DNA of 38,017 bases from a virus. Its lineage: Duplodnaviria > Caudoviricetes. The stretch is from IMG/VR virus record IMGVR_UViG_3300017784_005244, positions 1 to 38,017 of that record; one strand, written 5' to 3'. The notes below the pieces were generated by a model. That model saw only the letters and a list, made by a program, of their open reading frames with translations, was not told the DNA's origin and did not search any database. Within the stretch, counting starts at the first letter, position 1. The number at the start of each line of letters is the position of its first letter. The position numbers and the translations under genes were made by a program. Shown piece after piece: positions 37,873 through 38,017 of the stretch.

Positions 37873-37904
37873 AAAAGTTCATATATTTATTTATATGGAC
37901 TTTT
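37873..37904 (+). terminator. 13-bp stem-loop with T-rich tail that also covers a TATTTAT motif and the next ATG
   Basis: aaaagttcatata-tttatt-tatatggactttt (one G-U pair), then attttttt. Confidence 0.6.
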
Positions 37905-38017
37905 ATTTTTTTACTACCGATAATAAATATGGACACAAAACCAGAGAAAAATGGTTAAACCAAAACCATTAAGGGTTATATAATAATGAGAATTATTATA
38001 ATATTTCATTTACTAAA
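37895..38017 (+). pseudogene. Probable degraded gene start (possibly a homing-endonuclease-like remnant)
   Basis: MDFYFFTTDNKYGHKTREKWLNQNH*GLYNNENYYNISFTK: in-frame TAA at 37970-37972 after 25 codons; runs to the window edge. Confidence 0.35.

Noticed and set aside
1-38017. Stop-codon reassignment as seen in some large phages
   Set aside because: Recognisable proteins are full length in the standard code; TAG (e.g. 5110, 26708) and TGA (e.g. 23718) end genes at sensible positions.
1-38017. CRISPR array, tRNA/rRNA genes, IS elements
   Set aside because: Intergenic gaps are all short (under about 160 bp); no repeat-spacer periodicity, cloverleaf or transposase was seen by eye. A tRNAscan/Infernal run would be needed to be certain.

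Overview
A very AT-rich, gene-dense segment of a large tailed (myovirus-type, probably jumbo) bacteriophage genome, read in the standard genetic code. Left part (1-17687, minus strand, one tightly coupled unit that runs off the left edge): a phage-borne glycan cluster with GDP-deoxysugar enzymes (Gmd, ColD-type dehydratase, Fcl/ColC-type reductase), an unusual NeuB/NeuA/HAD/GmhA/SDR/epimerase/VOC/class-III aminotransferase block, a Maf-like protein, about five further glycosyltransferases and three methyltransferases, with dUTPase and a 3'-5' exonuclease embedded. Middle (17774-23718): small hypothetical proteins including a stand-alone WYL domain, and a mosaic 996-aa Cys/Ser/Thr-rich virion-like protein. 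Right part: family B DNA polymerase, T4 gp13/gp14/gp15-like neck and tail-completion proteins, Mn-type superoxide dismutase, SNF2 helicase, tail sheath, a HAD-like protein and tail tube. The strongest unexplained signal is a recurrent [S/T]-G-x-T motif found almost only in the putative virion proteins; beside the glycan cluster it suggests a phage-encoded virion O-glycosylation system with its own sequon (hypothesis, not shown). Two promoter classes are visible: TATTTATA just upstream of structural genes, and TTGATT-N16/17-TATnnT upstream of replication genes. All protein calls come from motif recognition by eye; no database search was run.
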